From NCBI GenBank assembly GCA_951406725.2, contig OX597832.1, positions 16,244,001-16,308,000 on the forward strand: a stretch of 64,000 nucleotides of DNA, in the 5' to 3' direction. Below are positions 13,845 through 26,334 of the stretch, in pieces. The DNA is from Octopus vulgaris (Eukaryota). Position numbers and translations under genes: made by a program. The notes beneath the pieces were generated by a model that saw only the letters and a program-made list of their open reading frames with translations, was not told the DNA's origin and made no database searches. How positions within the stretch are numbered: position 1 is the first letter of the stretch; every line of letters begins with the position of its first letter.

Positions 13845-14489
13845 GGCGAGCTGACAGAAACGTTAGCATGTCCGACGAAATGCTTAGTGGTATTTTGTCT
13901 GCCGTTACGTTCTGAGTTAAATTCCGCCGAGGCCGACTTTTGCCTTTCATCTATTCGGGGTCGATTAAATAAGTACCAGTTACGAACTGGACTCGATGCA
14001 ATCGACTTAATCCCTTTGTCTATCCTTGTTTGTCCTCTGTGTGTTTAGCTTCTTGAGGGTAGTAAAGGATGACAAGACGGCGAGCTGGCAGAAAAGTTAG
14101 CATGCCGGTCGAAATGCATACAGGTTTTTCGTCTGCCGCTACGTTCCGAGTTCAAATTCCGCCGAGGTCATCTTTGCTTTTCATTCTTTCGGGGTCGATT
14201 AAATAAGTACTAGTTACGCACTAGGGTCGATTTAATCCGTCCGTGTTTGTCCTTTCTGTGTTTAGCCACTTGTGGGTACTAAAGAAATAGTTATTTCGTC
14301 TGTTGCCAAGTTTTCAGTTCAAATTCCGCCGAGGTCATCTTTGCCTTTCATCCTTTCGGGGTCGATGAGCTAAGTACAACTGTTATCATTTCGGGGTGGA
14401 TATTTTAAATACCAGTGAAATAGTGGGGCTCGATATAATCGATTCATCTTCTACCCCAAAATAGCTGCGCTTATGGCTAAATCTGTAAC

Positions 14490-14490
<1 letters not shown>
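13845..14490 (+). mobile_element. Cluster of Meta-domain-type SINEs (two headed copies plus a headless tandem body)
   Basis: GGCGAGCTG heads at ~13845 and ~14079; junction GAAATAGTTATTTC at 14284-14297; ends in (ATT)n. Confidence 0.85.
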
Positions 14491-14574
<84 letters not shown>

Positions 14575-15423
14575 AAGATTATTATCATCATCTTTACCAT
14601 CATCAACAAGAACGTACTAATCTTTATTGTATGTCAACGCTTATTCAATGAGAAATAAAATAAACTGAATGAGATTTGACGAAAAAACTCAACCAAGAAA
14701 ATAATTATAAATTTGATTGAACTGAAAAGTATAGGTCACATATTACATGAATACTTTCGCAAATTTATTGAAGAAATATTTTACATTATTTATTGAAGTA
14801 ATATTTAAATGATACACAAATAATTACAATTGTTTTCCGTTGTTGCTGAGGAGTGCATTTTAAGTCTTGGAGTAGTTTCTGTGAAACATAGTTTCCACTA
14901 CCTCCGTTTTATGTATGTTAAACAAAGTAAATATTTGAAAGTGACTGCTTCGTTTCATGCCTCTTTGATACAAACGTAATTTTGTTAAATTGCAAACTTA
15001 CCGACATCAAAAATTCGGAAGCTACAATTACACTTACCCAATATCAATTTGTTTGTCCCCCTCTGTCTGTCACAATTTCTGCTTCATTTTCTCTTCTCTC
15101 CATCTCTATCCCTCTCTGTCACTCTTCTTCCTAAAACTCTACTGCTGTGTTCTTCAAACACGTAAGTTCCAGTATTATATATAATACATATGAGAAGATT
15201 ATATCCTTTGCCGTTAGTTATTATGTGCATCATAGGCGAATTATACAAACAATGTTTGTTCTAAGTGAACGTTACTTTTCAACACGAGATCATATTTAGA
15301 GAGAGAGGAATCCGCGCATATCAGATAATATTACGCAGGTTACATATACACACAACAAATACATACTCACTCACACACATGCACACAAACACACACTCAT
15401 GCACATTACCGCCACATACATAA

Positions 15424-15622
<199 letters not shown>

Positions 15623-15799
15623 TATTTGATTAGTTGATAGATTGTTTCAGTATATTAATAATTTAAACTACGAGTACTGATTCAAGAGTGACGATTCTTG
15701 CAAAATTTCCGTGCAAACAGTGATATAGATCTTAAATCGCCAAAGTTCAATCGAATGATATCATGCTGTGAAAAGAAAGTTTTCTTCAAAAGTCTTAAA

Positions 15800-15853
15800 T
15801 ATATATATATTACGTATGAACACACGCACACACATACACACACATACACACAC

Positions 15854-15919
<66 letters not shown>

Positions 15920-16196
15920 ATATATATATATGTATATATATGTGTATGCATATATATACATATACATACATATGTGTGTGTTTATATGTATGTATATATT
16001 TACTTTATGTATAAGTACGTTTGTGTGCGTGTATGTATATGCACGTATAGTTGAATTTCTTATATCCCTCTCTATATCTTTCATCTTCAACAGAGGATGT
16101 ATCACATTATTGTTAAATATTGAAATATATTTACACGTAACTTTCACACAGACACATATACATGTATATATACAAGTCTATATATATATGTGTACG

Positions 16197-16246
<50 letters not shown>

Positions 16247-16354
16247 AATATATATATGTATGTATATATGTGTGTGTGTGTGTGTGTATACATATGTTTA
16301 TATGAATATATATATATATATGTATATATATACATATTTGTGTATGTGTATATA

Positions 16355-16396
<42 letters not shown>

Positions 16397-16403
16397 CATA
16401 TAC

Positions 16404-16455
<52 letters not shown>
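15800..16455. repeat. Low-complexity (TA)n/(CA)n/(TG)n block
   Basis: direct; source of many YIYI ORFs. Confidence 0.9.
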
Positions 16456-16457
<2 letters not shown>

Positions 16458-17059
16458 GCACCCCCCTCACACATATATCACGTATCTTTTCCCTCACTTC
16501 AACTGAACGGTCATAGTTGATTGTTCGCAGCAAATATCTTTGAAGCTCTCAATATTCTTATACTTCAATGAACCTGAATATTATTAAATCATTCACTAGA
16601 TTCTTCTTAGTTGGTAACACATCCGAATTATTCTTCTAAAATGAGTTTTTGTTACAAAATAAATTGATACAGTTATAACGATAAAAATGCAGTCATCACT
16701 CTCTTGTCTATTAATTCCTCCTTTTGTCTTGGTTCTCTGATAACTTTATCTAAATAAGCTGATGTATATCTTAATCAACACTGTAGATATGTCTTTATCT
16801 TACTTCACTCTTTCTTTCATTTCGCAAATGAACTCATTTGCGTTTCAGATCCTTCGTGTACCTAATCTTCAATCTAAGAATATTGATTGAACGGCAGAAC
16901 TCAGAACGTGTTTACAAATTGAGAACCCATTCAACGAACATTAATGACATGAGTAATTTTGAAAATCCATAGATTTATTTTAAAATAAAGAACTAAGACG
17001 TATACCATTTACCAGTTTAATGTATATATTATGCAGTTATTTATTATTAGAAATACACA

Positions 17060-17529
17060 TGGTTATCCTGGTGAGAAAGCTTGCGTGAGTGAACCACTGG
17101 GCAAGATGTACTAAAGAATCCTCAAATTTTATTTCACGAAAGGTTAGGAAACATATCTCAATATAATAGAAAACACTGTAAAGCTTGCCTGTCATCTCTT
17201 TGGTGCCGATAAGACGCGTCCGTGATTTCTGTATATGTCACCTTCATGCCACACAGCAATGAAGGGTGATATATAGTACCACTGAACTGGTAGACACCAA
17301 CTCTGTCCACTTGTTGTATTCCCACATTCACTGCTAATAGTTGTAACCAATCCAAAATAATTCTCAACGAACTATGACAAATTCTCAACTGTTACTTGCG
17401 GCACTGCGAACTCACGAACGTCACCATTCGACCTGCGATTTATCATCTCTCGCCCTCAATCAAACAAGCTTCTTATATACAAGTTCGGCTAGTCCCTTCT
17501 CGCAAGGGGCTTCATGACTCGCCATAACA
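17060..17529 (-). mobile_element. Possible solo LTR
   Basis: Minus strand begins TGTTATGGCG, has TATATAAG about 50 nt in, AATAAA near the far end and ends ...GATAACCA; no clear target-site duplication. Confidence 0.3.
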
Positions 17530-17629
17530 ACAACATTAATAATAATCATAAAATTACTGATTATAAATCTTGTTCGCAGCTGTCAGATTTGGCAAACAGT
17601 CCCTACTGAAAATGCGATGCACCACTAAA

Positions 17630-18205
17630 CATTTAAGAATAGAAGAAGAATATAGAAGAATATAAAATAAACCATTGGAAAATAAAATCTATGGGAGGAC
17701 GATAACTCAAATATATCGAAGGATAAGTAAAGAACCAAAATTAGAGATGGGTATAAAAAGTGAGGGAAAGGATGCACCCAAGCATTGTTATTCAGTGCTC
17801 AGGAACAAGTTCTGAGAACTAATTACACTAAACAGGAAAGAGTAGGTAGTGGCCTCTTTGTAGGTTGTGAGGCAGCTAAAATGAAAGGAAGGCATATGTT
17901 CTGAGTGAGTGTAGCAAGCTGGCCCAAAAGGCGCTACAATAGAACTACGATGACAAGGCTAATTTCGGCCACAGTAGGATATTTGAATATTACGGCCTTG
18001 GAAGAGAAACTGAATTGATACGAACATAACCCAGGAGGAGTCATGAGTATTTGTCATCCCAGTAGTTGACGGTGCACTCGGAGCATGAAAAACCAATTTT
18101 GAGAAATATGCCTGAGAAATCGGAATTGATTAGAGAGCAGACCAAGCCCCCAAATCTGCTCTGATAGTGACAGCCAGGGTTTGGAGATTGGTACTTCGAT
18201 TTTAA
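17630..18205 (+). mobile_element. Decayed Dong/R4-type LINE, C-terminal zinc-knuckle/endonuclease region with internal deletion
   Basis: ALLFSAQEQVLRTNY, LCRL*, LSECSKLAQK, YEHNPGGV, IPVVDGALGA, KSALIVTARVWRLVL. Confidence 0.8.
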
Positions 18206-18427
18206 ATGAATTCTGCAATATTTACAAACCAAGGTCAAGGCGATACATGACTTCAAGGAAAATTTCCGTCCCGCGAAATTCAAATTAAATAAAGATTGAA
18301 TTTTTTTTGCGGAGGGGTAAAAATGGTAACAAAAACAGGACAGCAACGACAGTACAAAATATAAACAGTAAAAGACAGGACACGGAGAAAACCAGTAACA
18401 CAAACATGAAGGGCTGTTAAGCGAAAC

Positions 18428-18449
18428 GATAATAATAATAATAATGATG

Positions 18450-18545
<96 letters not shown>
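18428..18545. repeat. (AAT)n microsatellite
   Basis: direct. Confidence 0.95.
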
Positions 18546-18546
<1 letters not shown>

Positions 18547-18864
18547 CAACAAAAGAGAGAGGGAGAGGGAGTGACAGTAAGGTAGAAGAAAAGGAAGGCC
18601 AAAAGAATGAAGGCTGAGAAAGGGAGGGGGAGAGAGAAAGGTTAAGAGTGCGCATCATTATTAATATTAAGAACAATCTTACTTAGAAATGGATGCGTGC
18701 GTTCGGTCATATAATAAATTAATAAATAAATAAAACATAAGCATATATACATACATATATGTACGTACCTACCTCTACATGTATATATACATGCATATAT
18801 GGGTACAGGACACCAAAAAAACGTCGAACACAATGAGGAACGTGATGAGATGGCTATTTCTGTC

Positions 18865-19527
18865 TTTTCCGAATTAGATAAAAACCAAGGCCGTGAAGAT
18901 TTTAGATCATTTATAAATAGAAAGTTTTACGGCTGTTTCCAAGATATTTACTATATCCCCTCATATGGGACGCTGTGAGAGAATGGATAACCAATAGTTA
19001 ATTTAGATAAGATGCGAAATAGAGAGTGAAGTTGAGTAATGAAAATGGATATGAGATATGCAAGAATATTGAATATGTAGATCCATTATTTAGGCAGAAT
19101 GGTATAAATATAAGAATACACTCACATGTGTATATGGATATAAAGAAATCCAGTAGTAACTAAAATTGGTCATTCCAAGTATAATGCTTTTTACGCAGTG
19201 CTATTGAATCAAGGGTTTTATTTAATGCGACCTAAAAGTATGGATTGTATTTGTAAGGTCGAATCTAAAAGAGGAAGAGAGGAAACAAGAAAAGAGAAAA
19301 AAACAGAGAAGAAAAATGTGAAGAAAAAAGAAGAAAATACAAAAGAAGAAAACAGGAAGAGAGAAATAACGAAGAGAAAGAAAAAAGAAGATAGAAAAGC
19401 AAGGACAGGGATAATAAGCAAAAGCCTACTAGTTAGTGGTCAGTCAAGATACATTGAAAGTAGGAATGGCGATATGAAGGTGGTAGAGAGAAAGATATTA
19501 GAGTGTAAAAGATAGAAGGAATGAGGT

Positions 19528-19560
<33 letters not shown>

Positions 19561-20280
19561 GGAGTTATAAACGGTAAAGAAGTGTCAGTTATATAGTGAT
19601 TGAGTCTAAGTGAAGGGGCAGAGAGAGGGGTAGTAGTATGGAATGAAGAATTTGGGAATATAGATTAGGTGGTTAGAGAGGTGAGTGCTCAGTAGCAGAA
19701 GAAAATATATATGAGAAAATGAATACATATGTATATATTAGACATATGTATATATATACACAAATGTTTATACATATCAATATATACATATACAACTCGT
19801 ACCCGTGTGTATATGTACACATGCACACCTACATATACGTGTATCTCTATGCATGATTGCCCCTGTACACGTAGGCATACATACATACATACATTCACAC
19901 ATACACACATATATACACGCATGCACACAAACATTTACACTTTAATAAAACCCGTGATTTAATAGTAGTGTACAAACGTGACCAATTTTAGATACTATTG
20001 TATTTTTCTCACAAGGTATTGGAATCTTATATGTATACCAATCTGCCTAAATAATGGCTCTACAAATGCAATAACACTGCATATCTCACATCTATTTTCA
20101 TTCCTTCACTTCACTCTCTATTTCGTATCTTATCTAAATTAACTATTGGTTAACCATTCTCTCACACCGTCTCCAGTTAAGGTATATAATAAATATCCAG
20201 GAAACAACTGTAAGACTTATTTATATAGGTTCTAAAATATTCACTGCCTCATTTTTTTTTCATCTCATTCTGAATATAAC
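18865..20280. repeat. Diverged inverted repeat (arms ~18865-19225 and ~19940-20280), each arm with a hammerhead-like motif
   Basis: TGTGAGAGAATGGATAACCAATAGTTAATTTAGATAAGATGCGAAATAGAGAGTGAAG pairs with CTTCACTCTCTATTTCGTATCTTATCTAAATTAACTATTGGTTAACCATTCTCTCACA; CCATTATTTAGGCAGA pairs with TCTGCCTAAATAATGG. Confidence 0.9.
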
Positions 20281-20431
20281 TTTTTGTATATACACACGCT
20301 GATATATGACCTACGTTGAACTTCTTATTCGCATAATCACCGAACCTAGCGCTTAACTATGGTCTGTCCATAGCACTTACTCAGCATTACCTGAAACCTT
20401 TGGGTCATACTGACAACATTACCTCTCATAG

Positions 20432-20640
<209 letters not shown>

Positions 20641-20739
20641 CATTAGCAGTAAATACATAAATAATTATTAATATCAGTAGTATTAGTGTTAGCAAGCAAT
20701 ACTGGCGTAAATGGCTAATCAATAGAATTGTATGATATA

Positions 20740-20866
20740 TAATTATAACAAAGGACACAGGTACTACCAGCTTGTTAGAGGAAAGTGGCAAAATCCTCGA
20801 ATAAGCCACCAAGTGTACTAAAATGTCTATCCAAGTTGGTACTTCCTGTGCCCTCTATTACAATTA
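20740..20866. repeat. Small imperfect inverted repeat (35-bp arms, 28/35 identical)
   Basis: 20740-20774 versus the reverse complement of 20832-20866. Confidence 0.7.
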
Positions 20867-20873
20867 GTTATTA

Positions 20874-20928
<55 letters not shown>

Positions 20929-21744
20929 ATATATATATATATACCTATGTAAGTGTGTTTACATAAACATACATATATATGCATGCATATGTGTGGGTTT
21001 GTATGTGTGCTTAAGTGTCTTTGTGGGTGTGTGTGTTTGTGCGCGTGAAAGCGTGGCCTTTGGGCCTTTATAAGAACTTCCAAGGTCATGAGAAGAAATG
21101 TGCTTATTATTCCGAAACCGTGATTATCGTATGATCGCTAAAGCAATCATCCGCTCTAGGTAATTGGCGTAGAACAGATGTTGCCTAAAGTCTATCAACG
21201 CGGCAATCAATATACGTAGTTAAAATTACAAAGCAAGTCGACGGAAGAAATATCACACGTCATCCAACACGACGTTCTTAAAGCTCTGCCAGCCGGCAAC
21301 CATGCTTTGTGGCCTTTTTATCGATCCTGAAATTATGAAATAAGAACTTGTTCATGATCTCATTGAACGTCCAGTCACCATTCAAAATAATACCTTGAAG
21401 CATTCTCTGTGATATGGCAGTTGGCACTCGAAATCGAAGAGCAATGTGTTTGTTTGTCTGTTGCGTATCTGTGAGTGCATATGCATATGTATACCTATAT
21501 TCATGCATAAACTTATTATCTTCCGTTTAAATATATATTTGCTGCACAAAGTGCTGTTTACATACATTAGACTACTGCGTTGCATTATAAGCATAGGTTG
21601 AAATGAAGTCAAATACTAAACCACAGCAAGATAGTAAAGGGAAGTTCCTTCGATTCACAATTTGTTTTCAACTAATTAAATTTTTGCAATGGTTTTGAAA
21701 CAGTTTAGGTAAAGATTGATTTTCAGATCATAGAAATTCCTGGA

Positions 21745-21900
21745 AATGTCTTTAGCTAGGATCCTGAGGGAAATTTTCTATGCATGCTGAAAATGGCAAA
21801 GGATATCTAATCCACAGAAGAGGCATTTCATATAATTCCTTTGAAGTCGTTCCTTCATTGATTTTCATGAAACTAATATACGATTATTTCTCTAAATGTT
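21745..21900. repeat. 156-bp unique segment, source of the exact copy at 23171-23326
   Basis: No differences seen on letter-by-letter comparison. Confidence 0.95.
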
Positions 21901-22325
21901 AATATGTCTTTATAGGATGACAGAAATCCCGTTACGTTCAGCTAACAGAATAATATAAATGCTTGTGCCCACTGCATGCCTGCTTGTCTATTTTTATATA
22001 AAGTTATTAAGAATGAAATGTCTGATTTTGAACTGAATATCTCTTGTACTTTATTTCAACAAAAGCAATGCAGTAAATAAAAGTACGCACCAACACTTTC
22101 AACACAATTTTCCCATTTTATTGTAGCTTATTTCTAGGTTCAGAAAATAAATTTGAAAGATAAATACTCACAATACGATTTGACACCAATAGCATTTCAA
22201 AAAGTGATGTGAATTTTATATGTTGTAAAACAGAGAATTGTCCGGATAAAACAAACGAATTAAAGACTGTCGAACTTGATGCATTAGACAAATCTGACAT
22301 TTCTTTCTTAATGAACAGATATATT

Positions 22326-22365
<40 letters not shown>

Positions 22366-22867
22366 TGCAAGATTCCTTTTATGAATTCGTGTGTTGAAGC
22401 ATATTTAAATGTTTCTGGGGAGAGTCACCCTATTTTAGCATTTTATTATTTAACGCATTCACCGGTTCGATTTTCACTCATTTACGAATTTATTCTTTCT
22501 AAAATGTTCGTTGTGTCATGCAAAATTATCATTAGTCGTTGGCTCTGTACGTTAAGTTTTTGATTCTTTGTTCGCAGGTGAGTGAGTCAGTGCACATCCG
22601 ATACAGATATGTACGTATGTGTGTTAGTTTTGTATGTATATATGTATGTAATTTCTATTACCTCTTGCTTGTGCGTTCGTGTGTTTGTATGTGTGTGTGT
22701 GTTTGCATGCCTGTGTATGTGTATTTGCGAGTATGCCTGTGTCTCTTCTTGTTTGCATTTGTGTGTGCTTGTTCATATTACCTATATACCTATATATTTG
22801 AATGTCTATCTGTTTACATTCATTTCCATGTACCCACATATATATGCAGATACATACAGACATATAC

Positions 22868-23130
22868 GAGGCTCCGGCACGGTGGGGTGGCGAATCCTGC
22901 TGTACTCTTTCCCCACAAGTTTCTGTCACTCTTCCTTCCTGTTTGTGTTGTGTCTGTATTTCAAAGGATTAGCCTTGTCACACTACGTCACGCTGAATTT
23001 CCCTGAGGACCACGTTAAGGGTACACGTGTCTGTGGAGTACTCAGCCACTTGCACGTTAATTTCATGAGTAGGCTGTTCCGTTGATCAGACCCGCTGAAA
23101 TCCTCGTTGCTGTAACCGACAAAATGTCAC
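22868..23130 (+). mobile_element. 5'-truncated tRNA-derived SINE
   Basis: GAGGCTCCGGCA..GGTGGCGAATCCTGCTGTA shared with 6888-6930; tail CGTTAAGGGTACACGTGTCTGTGGAG..CCGTTGATC. Confidence 0.8.
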
Positions 23131-23440
<310 letters not shown>

Positions 23441-23459
23441 CATATATATATACATGTTA

Positions 23460-23503
<44 letters not shown>

Positions 23504-23564
23504 GTATATGTGTATGTGTGCGTGTGCATATATATACACACATATATATATACTAACTAATCTA

Positions 23565-23611
<47 letters not shown>

Positions 23612-24114
23612 CTTGGTTTAGGAGTATGTCTACATACTGCGTGTATTTCTTGTCTAGTTCTAGGGATGGTTCATTTATGAGGACCTAGTAATAAGTTTTG
23701 TGTCTTCAGGTTCTTGGATAAAACACGTAGTAACATAGTATTGCAAACTTACATATAATGTTCTAATCATATGCGATGTATTGTTGAGATTCCATCTCGT
23801 TGTACTTTACTTCATTTTCTATACAACGTTATAACCTAATATATTATTATCTGTGTGCGATGCAATTGAACCGTATTTAAATTTAACCCGCTATGATCAT
23901 TACAAGTTTCCTTTTATCAAATCTGGTAACATCTTGTGTGTGTTTGTGTGTGTCTGTGTGTATGTGTCCTTCTGTTTGTATATCTACGTATTTTGTTATA
24001 TATTAATAATAAAAAGGTAAAATTTATTAATCAAATTAATTAATTATTTAATTACTTGATAATTTTACCAAGTAGATCGGTACGTTAAAATAAAATTTAT
24101 AAGTAAAATTATCC

Positions 24115-24418
24115 ACATAATTATAATTAGGTTTCAGCTAATTGCTTCACCACATACCGAATTTAGAAATAGGAGTTAAGATTCCATTTCTGCTGCTATG
24201 AGAATCTTCATGACGGTAACATACTTTTTACGAAGGCAAAGAGGAAAACAATAATTAATCATGGTCGTGTTGATTCATTGTTTTTCTCTTTGCCTTCGTA
24301 AAACAAGTATGTTACCATCATGGAGATTCTTATAGTAGCAGAAAGGGAATTTTAACTCCTTTTTCTAAATGTGGTATGTAGCGAAGCAATTAGCTGAACC
24401 CGACTGATAATTATATGT
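24115..24418. repeat. Fold-back inverted repeat, ~147-bp arms, ~9-nt loop, moderately diverged
   Basis: TTACGAAGGCAAAGAG/CTCTTTGCCTTCGTAA, TTCAGCTAATTGCTTC/GAAGCAATTAGCTGAA, GGTAACATACTT/AAGTATGTTACC. Confidence 0.92.
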
Positions 24419-25127
24419 TGTTATATATATATATATATAAATGCATGCTTACATACCAGGACCAACTGTTTTGGAAGACATATATTTCTAAATGATATAC
24501 AAAAACGTAACCTCAATGTATTTCACTATATCGTAATTCGAGAATATTAATTTACTCAGAATCGCTGTCATAAGAAAATTTAGAGCTTTGTGCAAAACAC
24601 TAAATATATAAAGGTAATAAAAATGCAATTACTTTTAACTTATTTTCATTTACTTTTGTGGGGTAAGAAAAATACTCTTTAAAATGTATTAATTGTTTAC
24701 ATATGACACTTTTCTAATTAGTAAATTACTTCAAGGGTCTATTGCACCTTTTGTATAAACAATTAACGGTTCCAGTTATTCGATAATTTTGTTTGTCTTG
24801 GAAATATAATTACATCACCTTCACTTCTCTTCTTGTAAGCGTGTGCTCTTTTCTACAATATCTACCAGGTCGCAAAAAAATGTGGCCAGGAGGTACTAAC
24901 GTACTCTCATGAATTAAGCGTTGTGTGCTCAGTAGCTGCGTTTTCGTTTTAAGCATGCATGATTCGTTGCAGTGATCCATATTGTGTTATACTTTATTTG
25001 CAATGCATTGATTGGTCATTTCTTCATTGAACTCTGTTTACGACTTGTTCGATTTAAATAGCGGCCAGGTACGTTATTTGGATTTCATGTGTTGTTCGAA
25101 TGTCAATGTAGGTTAGTGCGTGTATGC

Positions 25128-25159
<32 letters not shown>

Positions 25160-26200
25160 GTGAGATGTTCACTGACAAAACTTCGCACTGCATTACTTTT
25201 CTGAAGTTTAATCAGAAAAGCAATCGCGGTTTTAAAAAGACGGAAATATTTTGACAGAAATTAAGTTTTAACGTTGAAGGGAAACTAACAGTATTTGTGT
25301 TTTCGTGAATGGTTTGCAAACATCTTCAACGCTGCAAATGTTTTTGTTTCAGAACTCGATCTCATATCAAGTTACTTGCCAAGCGAACAGATCTACGTAA
25401 TTTTTAATATCAATGTGTATAAACGCCAGCAATGACTTGATCAGGGTCTCTAATATTTTAATTTCTGAACAGAAAGAATCGGAGGCGGGGAGGGGGTTGC
25501 AAAAATATATAATTTTTCAACTTTTTTTTAAAGCATATAAATATATTCACAGAGGAAAATATTGAAAAACATCAATACATGTGAGATTGATAAAGAAACG
25601 AGGAAGGTTGTCGTGGGATGTGCTAGAAACAACAGCCTAATCACCCTTAGATCACTTTTTCCCTCTGTAAATATTAGCAATTTCTTTCTTATTTCTGTTA
25701 CCGAAAATGTTCTTCCCTTGCGTTTCAAGAACAAGAAGAATGTCGCCGAAATAGTTCTGGAGTGGGATTATGAGGAAGAGAGGTGTAAATATTAAAGGAG
25801 TTTCCAAAACCTTATCCTACAAAGATGCCTCCCAACACCTCAACCGTATCATTTTGAACTATATGGTATTTAAAAAAAATACGAAAATCCACGAAAACAT
25901 TTTCCCCAGAAATGTCTGTACAATCATAATTTTTGACGTTTGGAAGGGATTTCTACAAATTTTCATTGAAAGGTACCCATCTCACTGAAAGATATGAGGG
26001 AATATGTCAGGTTATGTGAATTTTCTGAAACACCTCGACCCACACGTCGGAAAGATACTTTCCCAAAAGTCCCTATATACTCAGAAGCCACAACATTTAA
26101 GCGATATCTGTAGAAAATATTGTTAAATGTATACATTTTTCTGAATGTTTTGAGCCAACAAATTCGGAGGCGTACACGTGTATTGTAGGGCCTTTTATTT
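25160..26200 (+). mobile_element. Possible highly decayed Tc1/mariner-superfamily transposase relic
   Basis: Weak: YKDASQHLNRIILNY...ENIFPRN loosely resembles QQDGAPPH..RIVRNYL..NFP; no catalytic motif intact. Confidence 0.2.
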
Positions 26201-26274
26201 ATACGATTTTTCATTTCATATTTATTTTATTCGTTGTTTGCAATATTCTCTCTGTCTCTGTCTGTCTGTCTGTT

Positions 26275-26334
<60 letters not shown>

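Noticed and set aside
19198-19515. 105-aa Lys/Glu/Arg-rich ORF
   Set aside because: It arises from a purine-rich low-complexity tract, has a non-ATG start, no domain and no splice support.
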